This document shows, piece after piece, positions 63,101 through 64,000 of a stretch of 64,000 nt of DNA. Positions within the stretch are counted from its first letter, which is position 1. Every line of letters starts with the position of its first letter. Origin of the DNA: Saccostrea cucullata (Eukaryota); NCBI RefSeq assembly GCF_032062105.1, contig NW_026937255.1, forward strand, positions 1-64,000, in the 5' to 3' direction. Made by a program: the position numbers and the translations under genes. Under the pieces are notes generated by a model. The model was not told the DNA's origin. It saw only the letters and a program-made list of their open reading frames with translations, and did not search any database.

Positions 63101-64000
63101 ATGCCAGTGAACCATACCTCTTGACTTGGCGAACTCTTGTCTGTACCAATATGAGTCAACACCAAAGACTGGACCCATGACATTTTGAAAATATGATTGT
63201 GTTCTTAAGTCAAAGTATTTCCCAACTATATGTGTGTGTTCTTGAAGCGTTTTAAATAGTAAATTTTTGTCTATCAGATCTATTGATGAGCCTGTTGTTT
63301 GAAAGACATACATAGATAATAATATCCTGAGAGGTTTAAAGTGAAACTCTGCACAACTACCTGTAGTAAAAAAAGATGGCAGCCCCATACCTTCATTTAT
63401 TTTGTACTGCACAAGTGATCGCAATTCTTTTGCCCTTTGCACCCAGTATTGTGTTGTGCCCCTTAAACCCCTCAAAAATACAAAATATTTTTCTAACTAA
63501 TGTGTCACCCTTTTCAACAAGATTTTTGAGATCACTTATTGTGAAATGATTCTCTCCAAGTTTTTGCCTTATTATGTAACTGCTATTTTCAAGGACATTT
63601 TTTGGCATGATCATATTGTGAACAACAAATTTAAAATATGGATGCTTGGCAAACCTGCCATCATCGTACCATAGTAAGTGCTCAGCCCAATCACTCATTG
63701 ATGTTAAAGAAATAGGTCTGTTAATGTAAAAGTCACCAGACCCATAAGGAAAAAGGGTAGGGAAAGCAAGCGTAAAAAAATGCTGAGTAGTGAATTCAGA
63801 AACAGGAATATTGCCTCTTGTTGGCCAAGAAATGGATACTGTTCCCTGTCTGTTAATTGAAACTTGCACATTATTTTCCCCTATAATCTCTTGCACAATT
63901 TTTTGTACTTTTTCTTTAACACATGTATTTGAATCAGGTAGTTGTGCAGCAGAGTGTGAGGTACCTTCAGAAACACCAATATCAATTTGTTCAGATGCGG
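60130..64000 (-). pseudogene. Helitron/Helentron RepHel (HUH Rep + Pif1-type helicase), frameshifted, 5' part outside window
   Basis: AFPTLFPYG.GD, DGRFAKH, LRGT.QYW, YRQEFAKSRGMVHWHGL (HUH), YITGYAC, GSTGSGKS (Walker A), ILVDERS, WGG, QIPLRLGWATTIHRGQG, FVALSR. Confidence 0.92.

Overview
Eukaryotic, AT-rich, repeat-dense DNA, most likely from an oyster or other bivalve (inferred from the 168-bp Cg170/HindIII-like satellite inside non-autonomous Helentrons and from the tRNA-SINEs). No host gene is recognisable. (1) 1-13533 is a Polinton/Maverick-like element with an unusual palindromic layout. The right arm runs: AGTAGT terminus (13533), degenerate TTAGGG tract, orphan ORF, protein-primed PolB, BIR-RING IAP, 224-bp CRE-rich array. 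After a 642-bp spacer (3685-4326) the array, IAP and PolB C-terminus are mirrored and run off the left edge of the window. No integrase, capsid, protease or ATPase gene is visible between terminus and centre. The element sits in a decayed Gypsy pol. This is the best candidate for an undescribed system. (2) 15-34 kb holds LINE, SINE and Helentron-derived repeats plus an ISL2EU-type transposon (THAP-DDE transposase and SAP-SWIM-YqaJ gene) inserted in the satellite. (3) 33.7-54.2 kb is a five-layer nest: Helentron-type element > LINE > Kolobok-type transposon whose transposase is fused to a DEDDh exonuclease > apparently intact, intron-containing ISL2EU element > palindromic MITEs. (4) 54-64 kb holds Mutator-like MITEs and a decayed Helitron/Helentron RepHel gene with an adjacent SGNH-hydrolase-like remnant. 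All family assignments come from motif recognition by eye, not from database searches.
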